A program made the translations under genes and the position numbers. 64,000 bases of DNA. It comes from Mytilus californianus. Taxonomy: Eukaryota. Under the pieces are notes generated by a model that was not told the origin of the DNA, did not search any database, and saw nothing but the letters and a program-made list of their open reading frames with translations. The DNA lies in the NCBI RefSeq assembly GCF_021869535.1, contig NW_026262666.1, positions 9,424,001 through 9,488,000 on the forward strand, given 5' to 3'. Shown piece after piece: positions 27,001-40,576 of this stretch. The stretch's first letter is position 1. Every line of letters begins with the position of its first letter.

Positions 27001-30000
27001 TTATTTATTTCTCTTGACATGCAAGTAAAATTACCATTTAACATTAAATTAGAAATTATTGTGTGCATTTATTTTTGCAATTTTTGGAGAATGGACAAAA
27101 AAGCAAGATTGATTATTGCCATTTTTGGAAAATCTGCATACAGATATATGTTTCCGATATCAGAATGTGAGTTCTTGTTATTGTGATACACACCCAGTCA
27201 CATCATTCGCATTCATAAAAAACTTGCAATAATTTCTGAATTTATAGTACTTGGAACATATTTTTCCTGCCATTTTTAGTTGGTTCATTTAATTATATTA
27301 ACAATTCTATATTTTACAGTGATGTTATGGAACAATAAAGATTGGAGTATTCCATGGGTGAAGTCTATAGAAGATATCTTAACACAGTATTATGATGAAG
27401 ACACTCCCAGGGCTGTTTCTTATAAATGGAAACATGTGATAGAAAGTTTCTCAGGATTTTCATTGAAAAATCATCAGTTATTGCCTGGGATACAAATGAG
27501 GGTAAATTATTAAATTATTTAGACAAAAACTTTTCCTCTTTTTAACTTTTTTATTTGTATTTGCACGAGCGACACAACTAGCGCAACATGTGTAGCAGGA
27601 CCTGGTTACCCTTCCGAAGCACCTGAGTTCGCCCCTGCTTCTTTGTGGGCATCTTGTTGGTCAATTTTAAGTTTCATAGTATTTTGTATATTTAAAATTG
27701 AGAATGGAAATGGGGAATGTGTCAAAGAGACAACAACCTAATCAAAGAGCAGAAAACAGCCCAAAGCCACCAATGGGTCTTCAACATAGCGAGAAAATCC
27801 CGCACCCTGAGGCGGGCTTCAGCTGGCCCCTAAAAAAATGTGTACTAGTTCAGTGAAAATGGACGTCACACTAAACTCCAAAACATATAAATGAACTGAA
27901 ATTGAAAAAACATACAAGACTAACAAAGGCCAGAGGATCCTGACTTGGGACAGGTGCAAAAATGCGGTGGGGTTAAACATGTTTTGTGAGATCTAAACCC
28001 TCCCCCTATACATCTAGCCAATGTAGAATAAACAAACACACGGCAATATGCACAGTAAAACTCAGCTGAAAAAATTGTCTTTTCGTCATTATTTGTTTTT
28101 TTACCATGACATTGTCAGTTTTTCTTTGACTTATGTCCCCTTGTTATCTTCAGCCTCTATTTTAACATTCTAAATCAGGGTTTCTAAAACAGGCATATTT
28201 TTTGGACTGGTCTGTTTTGTTATTAAATGTTATATGTTAGCTTAAAAGTTAAATTGTCACCATTCTTGGACACATTATCTGACTCCAAGCAGACTCATCT
28301 TTTCTTTTATTCATATAAATGCTGCAGAATTGACAAACACCAATTTTTAAGACTTTGGCTTGACTGGGCCATAAACAGAACCCATTACATAAAATACTCT
28401 CTACCTTGAGACTAAAGGCAGTGGTATTGACTTTAAAACACTGACAGTGAAGAATTTTTTGCTGCAAATTTATTAAATTATTTCATTTAGTTGTTCAGTC
28501 GATTCGGTTTTTAGCATAGACTATTTGTCAGACAAAATTATGCAATAAAGCGGAGTATGCTTATATCCAAAATGCCAAACTATGGAGTCAAATAACATCG
28601 ATAGTAAAGATAAGTAAAGGAAATCCTTAAAGAAAGATGAACGGCCATAATCTACTTGCAACGTCTTTAATACTCTCAATAAAGTTTACAAACATATTTT
28701 GTTTTAGTTTATTTACGTGCAGTTCCATCGTTTCCTATACCTGGGATATAAAAATAGAACCAAGTGTACTGAAAATAGATTTATTTCCATGACCCATATG
28801 TGCAATGTACATTATTACGCTTTGGTTGAAATAAACTGTTTAACAATGATACACAGTTTATTATCTTTTTTAACAATAAATGTGTAATGAAGTGCCTTTG
28901 ATATGCAGTATATACCGCTTGCACAGTGATGTAACACTGTTTCTTTAACAGTGATTTTGCTAGTGCTCGTCATTTTCGTCATTTACGAAAAGGTTTTCAA
29001 AATGACGAAAGTTTTTCAAATCAATTTCGTTACTTAAATTTGAAAAGTGTAAAAATGTTTTCGCATGAAAATACTATAATTCTACCTGTCTTCATGTTTT
29101 TGACAAGTTTATGACCCTCATCTAATTAACGTTTACAACAGGTGTTATAAGTTGTGATTACAGGTAATCTGCTTATCACCATCGAATGGGTCACTAATCC
29201 TTTAATTAATAAACCTCATAAATTATTGACCATCATAATTATTTTTCCAAGTAAAATCGGTAAGTCGGCAATACAATTTCAATATTTCTCAAAGGACCAC
29301 AATTTGCAGTTCGTCTATCATAGTTTCGTCATTTAAACAAAATGGTTTTCCCTGCGGACAGTTCGCATTTTAATTTCAATATTTCTCAAACGATCACAAT
29401 TTGCAGTTCGTTTGTCATAGTACATGTATTGTCATATTTAATATAACTTTTCATCAAAAACTTTCAACAGTTTCGATTAAAGAGAAAGAACTTAAAGTCT
29501 TTATTCAAAATATTCAGGAATATTTCCACGAGTCAAACGGGTGCTTCCTTTACTATGTACTGCGCATGCGTGAAAGTATTCTTATAAAATAGGCATTTTA
29601 AAAACGTAAAATACAAAATCATTTAGTATTAAAATAAACGAAGGAGACAAATATATTTCTTACTAGGCAACTTGATTTAGAAATATGATAATTTCCTGCC
29701 TTTTGTTAAAAATGAACCCATCCGTATATGAATCCGGATTCATTCTGAATTTATTATCCTCCTGTCACTTCCCGTTTTCATTTCGTTTAAAAATCGAAAG
29801 TAAACGTGATCTATTCTTGATTAAATTACAATATACAGTCATTAGAATCTTTCCAACAAGGATTTGTACAAATCCTTTGTTCCAAGTTTATAGAAATGAA
29901 TTTCAAATATCGATTTAACCGTTTTTACAAGGATAATGACTATGCAATGAAATAGTCGTTGTATACAGGTTTGTTTATGCTGTGATTCCTGGTTAAAAAA

Positions 30001-31624
30001 AAGGAACCCAGCTTTTGTTAATCAGGAATGTCCCCTGAAAATAACTGAACTGAAATTGTAAACTAGAAATCTGGATCCTTATTAGATCTTATTATAATCT
30101 TCATATTTTAGCACCACATCTATCAAAATATACAATAACTGCCTGAGCATGCCTAAGTCCTTCAAAGATGTATAGCTAGTAATACATATCTATTGTCCAT
30201 TGCTTTTACCCAAAAAAAAAAGGTTGATTTTCATCAAAAGTGACTAAAGCCCTCAAAATCCTAGCTGAAACCATGCTTTAACCTACATGTAGTTAGTTTC
30301 ATATATGCAAAGCAGTTTGGGGCCCTTTACAGGTTATTTCCTTGACGCTAGTGTTGTATGTGAGAAAATATAATAATTAGTAGTAAATGCTCTTTTCCAA
30401 AATTACAAAAAATAAATGTTTGATGTATAAAATTCTTCAACTATATATAAATGCCCTGTAATGTTTAACATGAATGCAAATCACCCTAAGCCGAATTACG
30501 AGTGTACACATCGGTTGGTTTTTCAAAGTGAATGAGCAGGCGTCATTGTTTTTAAAATTCACCCCAAATTTAATCTATGGACAATGTTTGAAATCCAATC
30601 AATAATTAACTCCTTTTGAGAGAGAATGGTCATGTTTTTACAACAATTACCTGTTTGATATTTTTTACCTCGAGGCTTAAAATAGAACAAGGGGAACTTT
30701 ACCTATGTCCACATTGAGGATTATTTATCAATATCCCATCATATAAACACAAAAGAAAAGGTTTTAAAACCTTATTTAAACAACACAAAAGTGAATATGA
30801 AATAATAACGAAAATAATAATGCATTCAAGAAAAAAAACTTACCAAATTGCTGTTTCTGGTCAAAAATCTGGTCAGTTTTAACTAAGCATATCTAGCTGG
30901 CGATTATTTTCTATGCAATTAACCGAAAGGCCTCTTTTTAGGCTATGCAGTTAACCGGATAATTTAACATTAGGTGAATGGGAAATGGTTTTGTATAGGT
31001 GAAAATCATGCAATTAACCGAATTATACAATTAAGCGGTATGCGATTAAGTGGAGTCGACTGTATTTAAATTGAAATTGCATATGCTGTCTGTTTCACTC
31101 AGCACAATATGAAAAATGCTTTATTTCTGCTGAGTTTAGATTTTGCAATTTCAAACACGAAACCTCTTCAGGAAGATTTTTTTCCCCATTTTCTTATTGT
31201 TGATTTTTTTCTTTCTTAAAAATCAAATGCATGCATGGGGAAATTTCCAGGATTTTATCTTAATTGTGATGTTAGTGAAAATAAATCTGTTGCAAAAATT
31301 TCTTTTTGTACTGTAAGTAATGCATTATTAAATGACAACAGATTTATTTTAAATCCATTTTTCAGTTTGAAGAAAGAAAATATTTTCAAATTAGTATGCA
31401 ATTTGACTTTAAATATAATTATTCATTTTCAGGGTGAAAGAGATTTTGTTGTTGAACATTTTTCTTCAATCAGTGTGATATCCCGATTATCTCCAGAAGA
31501 AAAACAAGAAGCTCTTGCTAAATTTTACAATGTTCTAGACAGCAGTGAGATGACCAAACATTTGTCAGAAATACAGATTCCATTTCATACAGAAATTTAT
31601 GATGTAGAAAAGATGGTGCTTTAA
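18020..31624 (+). CDS. Class I SAM-dependent methyltransferase (Methyltransf_11-like, 269 aa); exons 18020-18061, 21042-21138, 23717-23793, 25262-25390, 26532-26622, 27320-27501, 31433-31624
   Basis: Seven GT-AG exons join in frame (810 nt): MNNVHSVAATGFNQGNHYDSNRPSY..; motif I VLELGAGTGKFT; YLASEPS; ADAIPLPNNSV; IIAAQCFHWF; LYRVLVPGGRFGVMLWN; FSSISVISRLSPEEKQ; stop TAA at 31622-31624. Confidence 0.92.
18532..18814. mobile_element. GAGGG-terminus MITE (same family as 41986-42292, opposite orientation)
   Basis: Starts GAGGGTCGTAATGGGGGTACC; the interior is the reverse complement of 41986-42292; the right end is eroded. Confidence 0.8.
19959..20115. mobile_element. MITE with ~33-bp TIRs
   Basis: GGAGATAACTGTATTGTATTTTTAGCTTGGC / GCCAAGCTTAAAATACAATACAGTTATCTCC. 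Confidence 0.75.
20224..20475. mobile_element. GAGGG-terminus MITE with purine-rich low-complexity interior
   Basis: GAGGGTCTAGATTGGG ... CCCATCCAGACCCTC; the target duplication is not clean. Confidence 0.65.
21715..21975 (-). mobile_element. tRNA-derived SINE with V-like central domain, full length
   Basis: Minus strand: GGGGCCTCGGTGGCCGAGTGG (A box), GAGTTCCAATCC (B box-like), GGTGGTTCTCTCCGGGCACTCCAGCTTCCTCCACC (V-domain-like), (CAAT)n tail; 13-bp TSD ATAAGAATTAGAT at 21702-21714 and 21976-21988. Confidence 0.85.
22238..23240 (+). mobile_element. Helentron-associated (HINE-like) element carrying ~4 tandem 160-162-bp monomers
   Basis: T-rich flanks, (GTC)n tract at about 22290-22320, monomers anchored by GGATCT at 22368, 22528, 22690 and 22852, and a short 3' palindrome at about 23217-23235. 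Confidence 0.7.
25719..25981. mobile_element. TTAA-target MITE (Kolobok-like)
   Basis: TTAA|GGTGGTACCCAACAC ... GTGTTAGCTACCACC|TTGA. Confidence 0.7.
27691..28070 (+). repeat. High-copy interspersed repeat (SINE/MITE-like; related fragments recur across the window)
   Basis: Starts TTTAAAATTGAGAATGGAAATGGGGAATGTGTCAAAGAGACAAC; a reverse fragment lies at about 4050-4105; shared CCTGACTTGGGACAGG motif also at about 21525, 37225, 39320, 56927 and 58845. Confidence 0.7.
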
Positions 31625-34600
31625 AACTATAAATGTATAGTTTATTTAAAGGAGTTGATTGAATCATTTTAAATTCTAGATCTCATGTTATTTTATTTCA
31701 GGACTTAAATGTTACGAGTCTATAGAAAGTTTGTTGAATTCTTAAAACTGTTCCATTACCTTTGGCCAGTTTCAAATAGGTAGGTTGTTGAAATTTACTG
31801 CTCATATTAGGCCTGAACAAAAATACATGTGTTTCTGTAAAGCTGACAAGCCTTAATTTTTTTTAAAGATTTTTTTTTATATTTTTTTGAATCAACTATT
31901 TAAGTCAAACTGTTTCCCCTATTGAAACCAGTTAACACATTTTAAAAAATATTGTTAATTTCTTACCAAACGACCCTGAATTTATTCAGCATGTTAGCAG
32001 AAATACAGATTTTTTTTGTGCCTTAGCCTATTAAAGAGGTTTGTTGTTTATGTTTCAATTTTTCCTCTATATTATGGTACCTCTCTGGGTTTTTTCCTAG
32101 GCTATGCATTGAAAACATTTACTTGGCGATCTCTACATTTCTCAATATACATCCCAAATACTTTTCTCAGACTGTTAAATAGTTTCTACTGTTTTAATTT
32201 TTGAATCCAAGATGGTATGTACTCACACCTATCTTTATTTTCCATAATTTGATGTATCATACACTATCAAATGAAAATGTTGACATTGATGAAAATGTTT
32301 TTATTTTAAATTTCATCTGAAAACATCTTAACGACTAAGATAGGGTCTCAGATATGCTCAAATCATTTCCAAAATGGTTAGGTACTCTTGATCTTTTTAC
32401 ATCTGATAGAATTTGTTATTTGCTCACCAAAAAGTAGTAGGTTTACTTGATTACATGCTTTCCTTGACCGATTAGACTGACCTCTATTTAAGTTAATTAT
32501 ACCTGTCAACTGACATGATTTAGGTGTAGACTACCTGAATTTTACCACTTGTCCCAAATGCAGGATTGTTATGACTATTACAATCCCCCTTAGATAGAAT
32601 TTAGTAAAAGTTTGCTTGAAAAATTATTTATTCTAGTTGTTTGCTTATTCATATTTGGAGACAGACGAGATTGTTGGAAGTTTATAGCCAGTCAAACTTG
32701 TTATTTTATAACATAATTTTCAAATGTAAACAGAGTATTGTGTTGTTATCCTGATCTAGCATATAACTTTCAAACATATTCCGATTGTTGTTTCTACTGA
32801 AAATGCCTTCCTACCTGATTTAAAAGGAAGAAAGTCCTTTGAGTCAACATATGTGAATGAGATTTACTTATGGTAGTTGGTTGAACAAAATATTGTCCCA
32901 ACTTTTTCATGTCTTTCTTAGAAATGGTTTCAATGAAAATGAACAATTTTTCACTGTTATAGAATTTTACTAGGCAAAGAAAAATAAAAAAAAATACATG
33001 TGCTACTTTTTGAAGGATTTTTTTTTGATTGCTGCAAATTCATTTTCATGAAATTAAAGCCTTCTTCATGTTTATCAAATACAACTATTGTAAGTGACAT
33101 CTAAGGAGAACATGATTCTATTTAAGACAAAGGCGAATTCCTGATTTTTCACTCATTTCAAAACAGGAAAGTTCCTGTGTGGTCAGACTGCAGGAGAAGA
33201 AGCTATTGAAAAAGTTGCCATAGCAACATCAAACCAAAGGGGAACAAATTGGGCACATTGTTTGTAAGAAAAAATGACTTAATGACTTGAAATTACTATA
33301 AACCCACTGTACATGTATGTCAAATGGTTCATAAATTATTTTATATTGTCATGACTAATTGAAGTGGATTAAAAAAAAAATGAAATAGTGATGGTTTATT
33401 TTCTTAGTTGTTATTATGTAAAAGTGGTTTGTAATTTCTTTTTGATACAATAGTAAAAATGAAGATAGAAATATTGACAGCTTTGTTTAATCATTATAAT
33501 GAGTGTATAGAAAGATACCATTACCAATTACATTTATCAAACTTCAGAAGAAATACTTTCAGAAAATGTGATATTTGCCAAGCTTTGATGACAAAATTTG
33601 ATAGTGAAGTCTTTTAAGTAACATCATCAGGGAAATTTTAAAAGTTTTTGTTGAATTTGGGGAATATTTGAGCTAAATTAACATAGAGCACAAGACTGGC
33701 CCCAAAAAATATTTTCCCAAGGAACCAAATAGACACAAAATACACTTCCTATATATGTAAATATCGTCCTACAAATGATGTGGGAGTCAAAAAGTTGAGA
33801 TTCTGCCAAATTTTGATCCATTGATTAATTTACTGTCATTTCCTGGCTGTGTTATCCATGAAAAGAATACCGTATATTTGTTTTAAGACAAAATGCAATG
33901 TTCTGATTAAGTATAAAAAATTATATATTCAAAGTATGAATATAAAAATCAGGGACAGATTGAATAAAATACTTTTGGATTTAAGATCAATTTGGCCAAA
34001 ACTGTACTGTCTTCCTTTCTTTGACCACTGATAAGTATGTGTACTATTAAAATAAGTAAGTATAATAGTATTTGTCCAGTGCAATTGCTTTTGTTCTGTT
34101 TGTTTAGTCTCAATTTTGTTAACTATTGTTGGTTTTTAGTCAAATTATTTAATGATTCTGTAAGTTAGTTTTGCATATGTGAGAACAGTATATTCAAGAA
34201 AGTTAAAACACAGGCTCAGAATTCTACAATATTTGCAAAAAATAAGAAAACTTTGTCAACAGAAAAAATTCTAAATACAAAATTAATAAGTATGTATTGT
34301 AACAAAAAAGGTCACACTGCATATTTGAATCCCATTTTGTAGTTTCAAAAGAGTTGTGTGTCTAATTAGATAAAGAAGCTACGGAAGGTGATACTCCATA
34401 AAAAGTTGCACTATCAAAGTAGAGCATATTGTATGTTGATATATATAGATTGTGACATTATATTGAAAAAGGAAAAAATGAAGTAATATAAAATTTTATG
34501 TTTACAAATTAAAGACTGTTACTCTGAATACCTGTTGTTTATTACATAGTTGAAAAAAGCTTTAATTTTTCTGTCAGGTAAAATGTTTTTTGCTTAAATG

Positions 34601-35857
34601 AAAGTTGTATGTTCTTTGAAATGTTAATCAGTTTCTTTATATTTATTGTATTGATATTTATTGTATTATTGCTGTTTTTAACATTTATATGGATTCTGTA
34701 ATGTGAAATAAAACAAATTATCATCTTGTTTCGTGAGTGATCTCCATTTGTATTACATCTCTGTAAGCAATAGCAGGGGTATATATTTGATAGTGTTGGC
34801 CCTTCAGTTTGACCCTCATAGGTAGTCAAGGTCGTTAAAAAAAAAACTCGTCATCAGTCTGTTTGTCTGCTTATTTTATCTAAATCCTTCGGTATATTTC
34901 AATTAAAATTTAACAGATTGAACAGTTTATGATGGCATTGCACCCCTCATTTTTAGCTCATCTGGCACACAAAGCCATTGTGAGGATTTGCCATCACTTG
35001 TGTCAATTGTTCATCCAGTTTTTGACCGATTGTCTGACTCCCTTTGTCGTGGCCCATATTCTGTAAACTTATTATTAAAATCTTCTCCACTGAAATCATT
35101 CAGTTGATTGAAACCAAAGTTTGTTATCTATGGGATGTATTCTATGAAGTTTATGATTTTCATCCAGGTTGATCAACTAACATGGCCATCGTGGCTAAAA
35201 ATAGAACATAGGGGTAAAACTGGAGTTTTTGGCTTATATCTCGAAAACAAAATGAAACTGACTATTAAAATGGTCAGCACAACATCCGCTAACTTCCTTG
35301 AATATTTAAGATAAATGTGTCAACCTATTTTGAAGTTATGACCCCCTGAAATGTAAGTTATTATTACCAATTTTAATTTTTTGTCTGTTATCTTTAAAAC
35401 TACAGGAGCTAAGTTAAATGTGTATTTAGTATGATTTACCAGCACAAAATGTATTTATCTTGATGATGCCATAAACATGTTAAAACATAAACAAATGACC
35501 TTAAACAATGTTAAATAAAAACATGTTGAAACTAAAATTTTGACCTAAAATATAAGAAATAAGAAAACAGTGCCAAACTATTCAAAGAACAAGAATGTAA
35601 ACAACTACAGGTCACTGTTAGCACTTCAATAATGAGCAACATCTTTATCTGTTTAGTTAATCTTAAAAACAATATTTGTAGTTTGTCTAAATACCATGAA
35701 TGGACTTTTTTTTTTAATATTTGCCATAATGATCTTTTGTATAACCCTCTTTTGCAATTTAGTTTGCCTCAATAATAAATACATTAGCTGAGTACAGTAT
35801 TGCAGAAACTCTGACTCACATTCAGAAGTAGGAATTTCTCAACATTCTGAAGACGAC

Positions 35858-36113
35858 CTTAGTGGCTGAGTGATCTAAGTGGTCGGAACTACTGTATTAC
35901 TTTCCTGTCAACACTGAAGTTGTGAATTTGAAACCCGCACGTGTCAGGTGTGCTCGACTCCAATCTGAATTGACTAGGATAGTCAGTTTTACTACTGAAT
36001 GTCGGCGGTTTTCTCCAGGCACTCCGGCTTCCTCTACCAATAAAGATCGACAATCACAAAATAGCTCAATAGTGCTGAAAATGGCGTTAAACACAAATCA
36101 ATCAATCAATCAA
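35858..36113 (+). mobile_element. tRNA-derived V-domain SINE, older copy
   Basis: Aligns to 21715-21975 in the opposite orientation and ends in (CAAT)n. A partial third copy lies at about 25495-25645. Confidence 0.8.
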
Positions 36114-37559
36114 CATTCTGAACATTTATACTTCCTGTCAAATTTTCTCTATCTGAAGCGGTTTTCAAACATTTATTAGATTCATAAACCATCCTTGATT
36201 TTTACCGAACTTCGACAGAAGCTTCTTACAATCAAAAGATGGTATCTAGAGGAAATTTTTTTATAATTTTCCCCCCATTTTTATTGAGCCTATGACTTTT
36301 GTCGCAAAAGCGAGACATAGCAATCCTACATTCCGTGGTCGTCGGCTTCACATATTTCCTATAACACACAATTTTCTCATTTGCACATATTTTCTACCTT
36401 TTTAGTTACATCAATTATTTTGAACACAATTTTGTAATTGCATCTTCTATTTACATGCATTTTTATTGGCGAATTAAGTGATAAATCATCAAGCAATGTA
36501 AAAATTATCTTCTTTATCATTTGTTCATTCAATAAATTTATGTTTCAACTCTTATAAATCTATAGATTTGATTGCATACTGTATTCATTTTTTACAAGTA
36601 TAACTTTTTTCATACATTTCAAACGTTTTATTTCATTAACTGTAAATATATTATGTGCATTCCCCTATCACACTGAAAACATAGACAACAGCAAAAGTAG
36701 GCGAGACACTGGATTCCGCGGAACCCTTACAAATTTTTAAAAACGATTGTCTCAATTTATGTTTTAAATTGTCATTTATGATACACAATTATATTTTCCC
36801 ACTTGTCTATGATAAGCAACTAAGTATCTAGCACTGTTGCAGATCTAAAGGAAAGAAAAAAATGTTGTCAATTAAATTTCAATGGTAAAAATTACCCTGT
36901 TTATGAAACCATTGTTTCTCATTGAATAACATGGATAATGTATAATGCTAAGCAACTGAAATCATTAATTATAAAAAAGAAGATGTGATGTGATTGCCAA
37001 TGAGTCAACTCTTCACTTGAGACCAAATGACACAGAAATTAACAACTATATAGGTCACCGTACGGCCTTCAACAATGAGCATAGCCCATACCGCATAGTC
37101 AGCCCCGAAATAACAAATGTAAAAACAATTCAAACGAGAAAAATAACGGCCTTATTTATGTACAAAAAAATGAACGAAAAACAAATATGTAACACAGCAA
37201 CAAACGACAACCACTAAATTACAGGCTCCTGACTTGTGACATGCACATACATACATAATGTGGCGGGATTAAACTAGTGGGCGGGATTCCAACCCTCCCG
37301 CTAACCATTATAAAGACAGTGGTGTAACAGTACAACATAAGAACGAACTATAAAAATCAGTTGAAAAAGGCTCAACTCATCAGATGAATACAAATAGAAA
37401 TACATCTAACAAAAACACAGAGTGGACGTGGCCGGGTACTTGTACATCCCAACAACAATTAAATACACACTAAGTACTGATCTGGGAGTACTCGCAGTTA
37501 CTGACAGCTAGTTCAAAACCCCTAACAACTAATAAAAAAATCATGCATCTAAGACTAAA

Positions 37560-39200
37560 TTATCAATCAGTACACATCAAACATCCAATGGATTTAGTGT
37601 AAAGACATCATAAACAGTCACAGAAACACATGACCTTGTGCAATGACAAGATACAGGTATAACAATAATATTTAGTTTGCTATTAATTTACTGATGACAA
37701 AATCAATATTAATACCAATAAAAACAATATTCAAAGATCTGATTACATTGTTGGATTGGTGACCTTTTAGAATAAGTTTATTTAAAGGATCGATAAATTT
37801 ACCAGGATAGTTTCTAAATTTCCGGGCACGGTAAACAACATCTCCGTACAAAATGAAGATGTGCTATCCCGTTTGAAATAAGTTTTCAGCAGATACAACC
37901 AAACTTCAAAACCAAATCTTTATATCTATGGAAAAATTTAGTAAAGGTTTTAAGTAATTTGTGGTAACGAAATCCCTGGCTTAATAATTTACCAGTAAAA
38001 CATAGATTACGTTCGTTAAAATGAAAAACGTCACAACAGACACGGGCATAGCGAACGAGTTGTGATATATAAACACCGTAAGATTTTCCCAAAGGAACAT
38101 CACCATCCAAAAAAGGAAAATTAACAATAGGAAACGAAAAATCGTCCCTTTTGTCGTTAATTTTAGTGTGGAGTTTCCCTTGAAAACCCGAAATATCTTA
38201 ATCTAGAAAAGGACAGTTATTACCGTTTACATTTGATTTATTTAAAGTAAGTTCATTTGGGTAAATTTCGGCAGTATCTTTAGAACTTCAACTAAAAAAT
38301 ATCATCAAGATAACGGTAAGTGTTGTTGAATTTATCAATTAAATGCAATTTAGACGGGTCTTTACTGAGTTTGGTCATAAACTGTAATTCATAACAGTAC
38401 AAAAACAAGTCTGCTATTAAAGGGGCGCAGTTAGTGCCCATAGGAATACCTACAACCTGTCGATAAACTTTGTGAAACGTACATACAAGGAGAAAATTCA
38501 CAGCTCCAGTCCTCTCATCACTCCTCCAGTAAGTATATCTAGCATATTTACCTTTCTCATTAGAGGAGAAGGCTTTAAATGAATTGCAGCAAATATATTT
38601 GCATTCAGATTTACCAAACGAAAATTTAATTAAATAGTAAAACTTTTGTGGAAAAGATTGTGTGGAAGAGTAGAGTAAAGAGTAGAAAAGTCAAAATTGT
38701 CAACAGAATCGAAAGGACCATCAAAAGCACGTAATTTTCTAAAACAACCAAAGAATTTTTTACACTCCAAAAAAAGTTAATTCCACTATTTTCATATATT
38801 TTATTACAAAAGTTTATGATAAGTTCTTTGATAATAGTTAAAGAACTTGTTAAAAGCACTGAAAGAATAGTTGTAGAACACTTACTAGAGGTCGAGATGA
38901 AACAATATTTTACTGGTTTTTTGTGTAGTTTAGGTAACCAATACATAGTAGGGACCTTCAAATGTTCAGAAGAAGCCTTAAGCTGTGATGTGGTTATGAT
39001 ATGTTTGTTTACTATATGACTCTCTGTGGAGCGCACGGACTTGAACGTAGATGAATTTAAAATTTCATTCTTAAGAACCTCCGTGTAGTATTTACGGCAT
39101 ACCACCACCACATTGTTGGCTGCTTTGTCGGCCAGTACAAACACAAACCGCTTTAAAATTTCTTGAAGTTTATATAAACGTTGCAATAATGTATTTGTAT
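37560..39200 (-). mobile_element. Penelope-like retroelement, decayed RT (Naiad-like)
   Basis: Fragments 38626-39186 (FVLADKAANNVVVVCRKYY, VPTMYWLPKLHK), 38292-38501 (YRQVVGIPMGTNCAPLIADLFLY..RYLDDIF) and 37886-38110 (DGDVPLGKSYGVYISQLVRYARVC) are separated by frameshifts and deletions. Confidence 0.88.
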
Positions 39201-39947
39201 TTTAATATATATACTTGTTACTAAGAAAATGTAACCAAAATGCCTATTAATGCGAGGTGAATGCTTAGGCTAGCCATAAAACAAGGTTCAGCCCACCATT
39301 GTTTTCTAAAAATGTCCTGTATCAAGTCAGGAATATGACAGTTGTTACTAAATATTCCGTTTCTATATTTATGTTGGCGTTTGTTTTGTTGCAGTTCAGT
39401 GCTTCTGTTGTTCCGTTGATTTCCTCTTATAGTTGATGTGTTTCCCTCAGTTTAAGTTTGTAACCCAGATTTGTTTTCTCTTAATCGATTGATGACTATT
39501 GAGCAGTGGTATATTACTTATGCCTTTACTTATTTTTTTAGTAACTTTGCGCAACATTTATTTGTATATGCTGTGGAGATGTGATGTTAGTTAAATGTAC
39601 ATAAGAATTATTATTAAACGACATTTTTTATTAGTATGTATATTGACTTAGTAGCCTAGTTATATTATTGATTTTGACATAGAATTTTCAGCACAGACTT
39701 TTTTTGAATATTATTATATATGTTTTTTATGTACTAACTAAAGGTGATAAATAAGTTTGCATTTGATAAACATAGTGTTAATCTTAGTATATGATAGAGT
39801 TGTAGTGCATTTTATATAGGTGATACCATACCTTATACCTTTGCATGTGAACCCATCATTATCTCTGCACACATACTTAGTAACAGTTGTACACTTACAC
39901 TTGGGTGAGATTTTAGTTAGTTGTCGGTATTATTAGTTACCATTTTT

Positions 39948-40134
39948 GAGGGGCCTGATGGGTTATTTTCGTTCTTCGTGATCGGCGCATTTTCGCTATC
40001 GTGATCCGTTTTTCTACAGATTTTTTTTTTTATATTTTCGTGATCCGTGATCATGGAAATTTATTTTCTGTGAATCGTGATTGACAAAAAAATGAACTCG
40101 CGAATCGTGATGAGACCCCCCCATCAGGCCCCTC
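39948..40134. mobile_element. GAGGG-terminus MITE with 6-bp target duplication
   Basis: ATTTTT|GAGGGGCCTGATGGG ... CCCATCAGGCCCCTC|ATTTTT. Confidence 0.85.
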
Positions 40135-40576
40135 ATTTTTGAGACTGTTTCTACCAGCTATACAGTTTGTCTCAGGCTAGTACTAGTAATCTGGAGTTAA
40201 CTTTTCTACTCTCTGGTCTTTGATATTTTTGTTCTTAGAGTAATTCTATCCTAGACTGAGTATTGGTATTGGGTGGACAGATGAGATTTGGACTTTGATC
40301 CAGTATCATCATATTTTGGTGATATACATGTGAGCTTGGAGCATAGTATAGTATACTATAGTTTATACAGTGAGTTTCATAGTAGTATATTAGATATAGA
40401 TATTTGTTATCCGTAGTTGTCGTACCTTTTGATTCGCCTGTTATACGCTGATTATCCGACCATTATGGCTATACTCTGATATTTTGTACGCGAATATTTA
40501 CATAATTTTATAATTTTTTCAGTATTGTCTGATTATGATTTTGTCTCGTATATTCACACTGGAGTTTCTACTCAAC

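Noticed and set aside
31235-31432. N-terminal half of ORF 31235-31624
   Set aside because: Intronic read-through; the exon starts at the AG acceptor at 31433.
18020-31624. Recent bacterial contamination or horizontal transfer of the methyltransferase
   Set aside because: Six canonical spliceosomal introns filled with host repeats; only an ancient origin remains possible.
37370-37700. Hammerhead ribozyme near the Penelope-like element (CTGATGA cores at about 37378 minus and 37691 plus)
   Set aside because: No stem II followed by GAAA could be built by eye.
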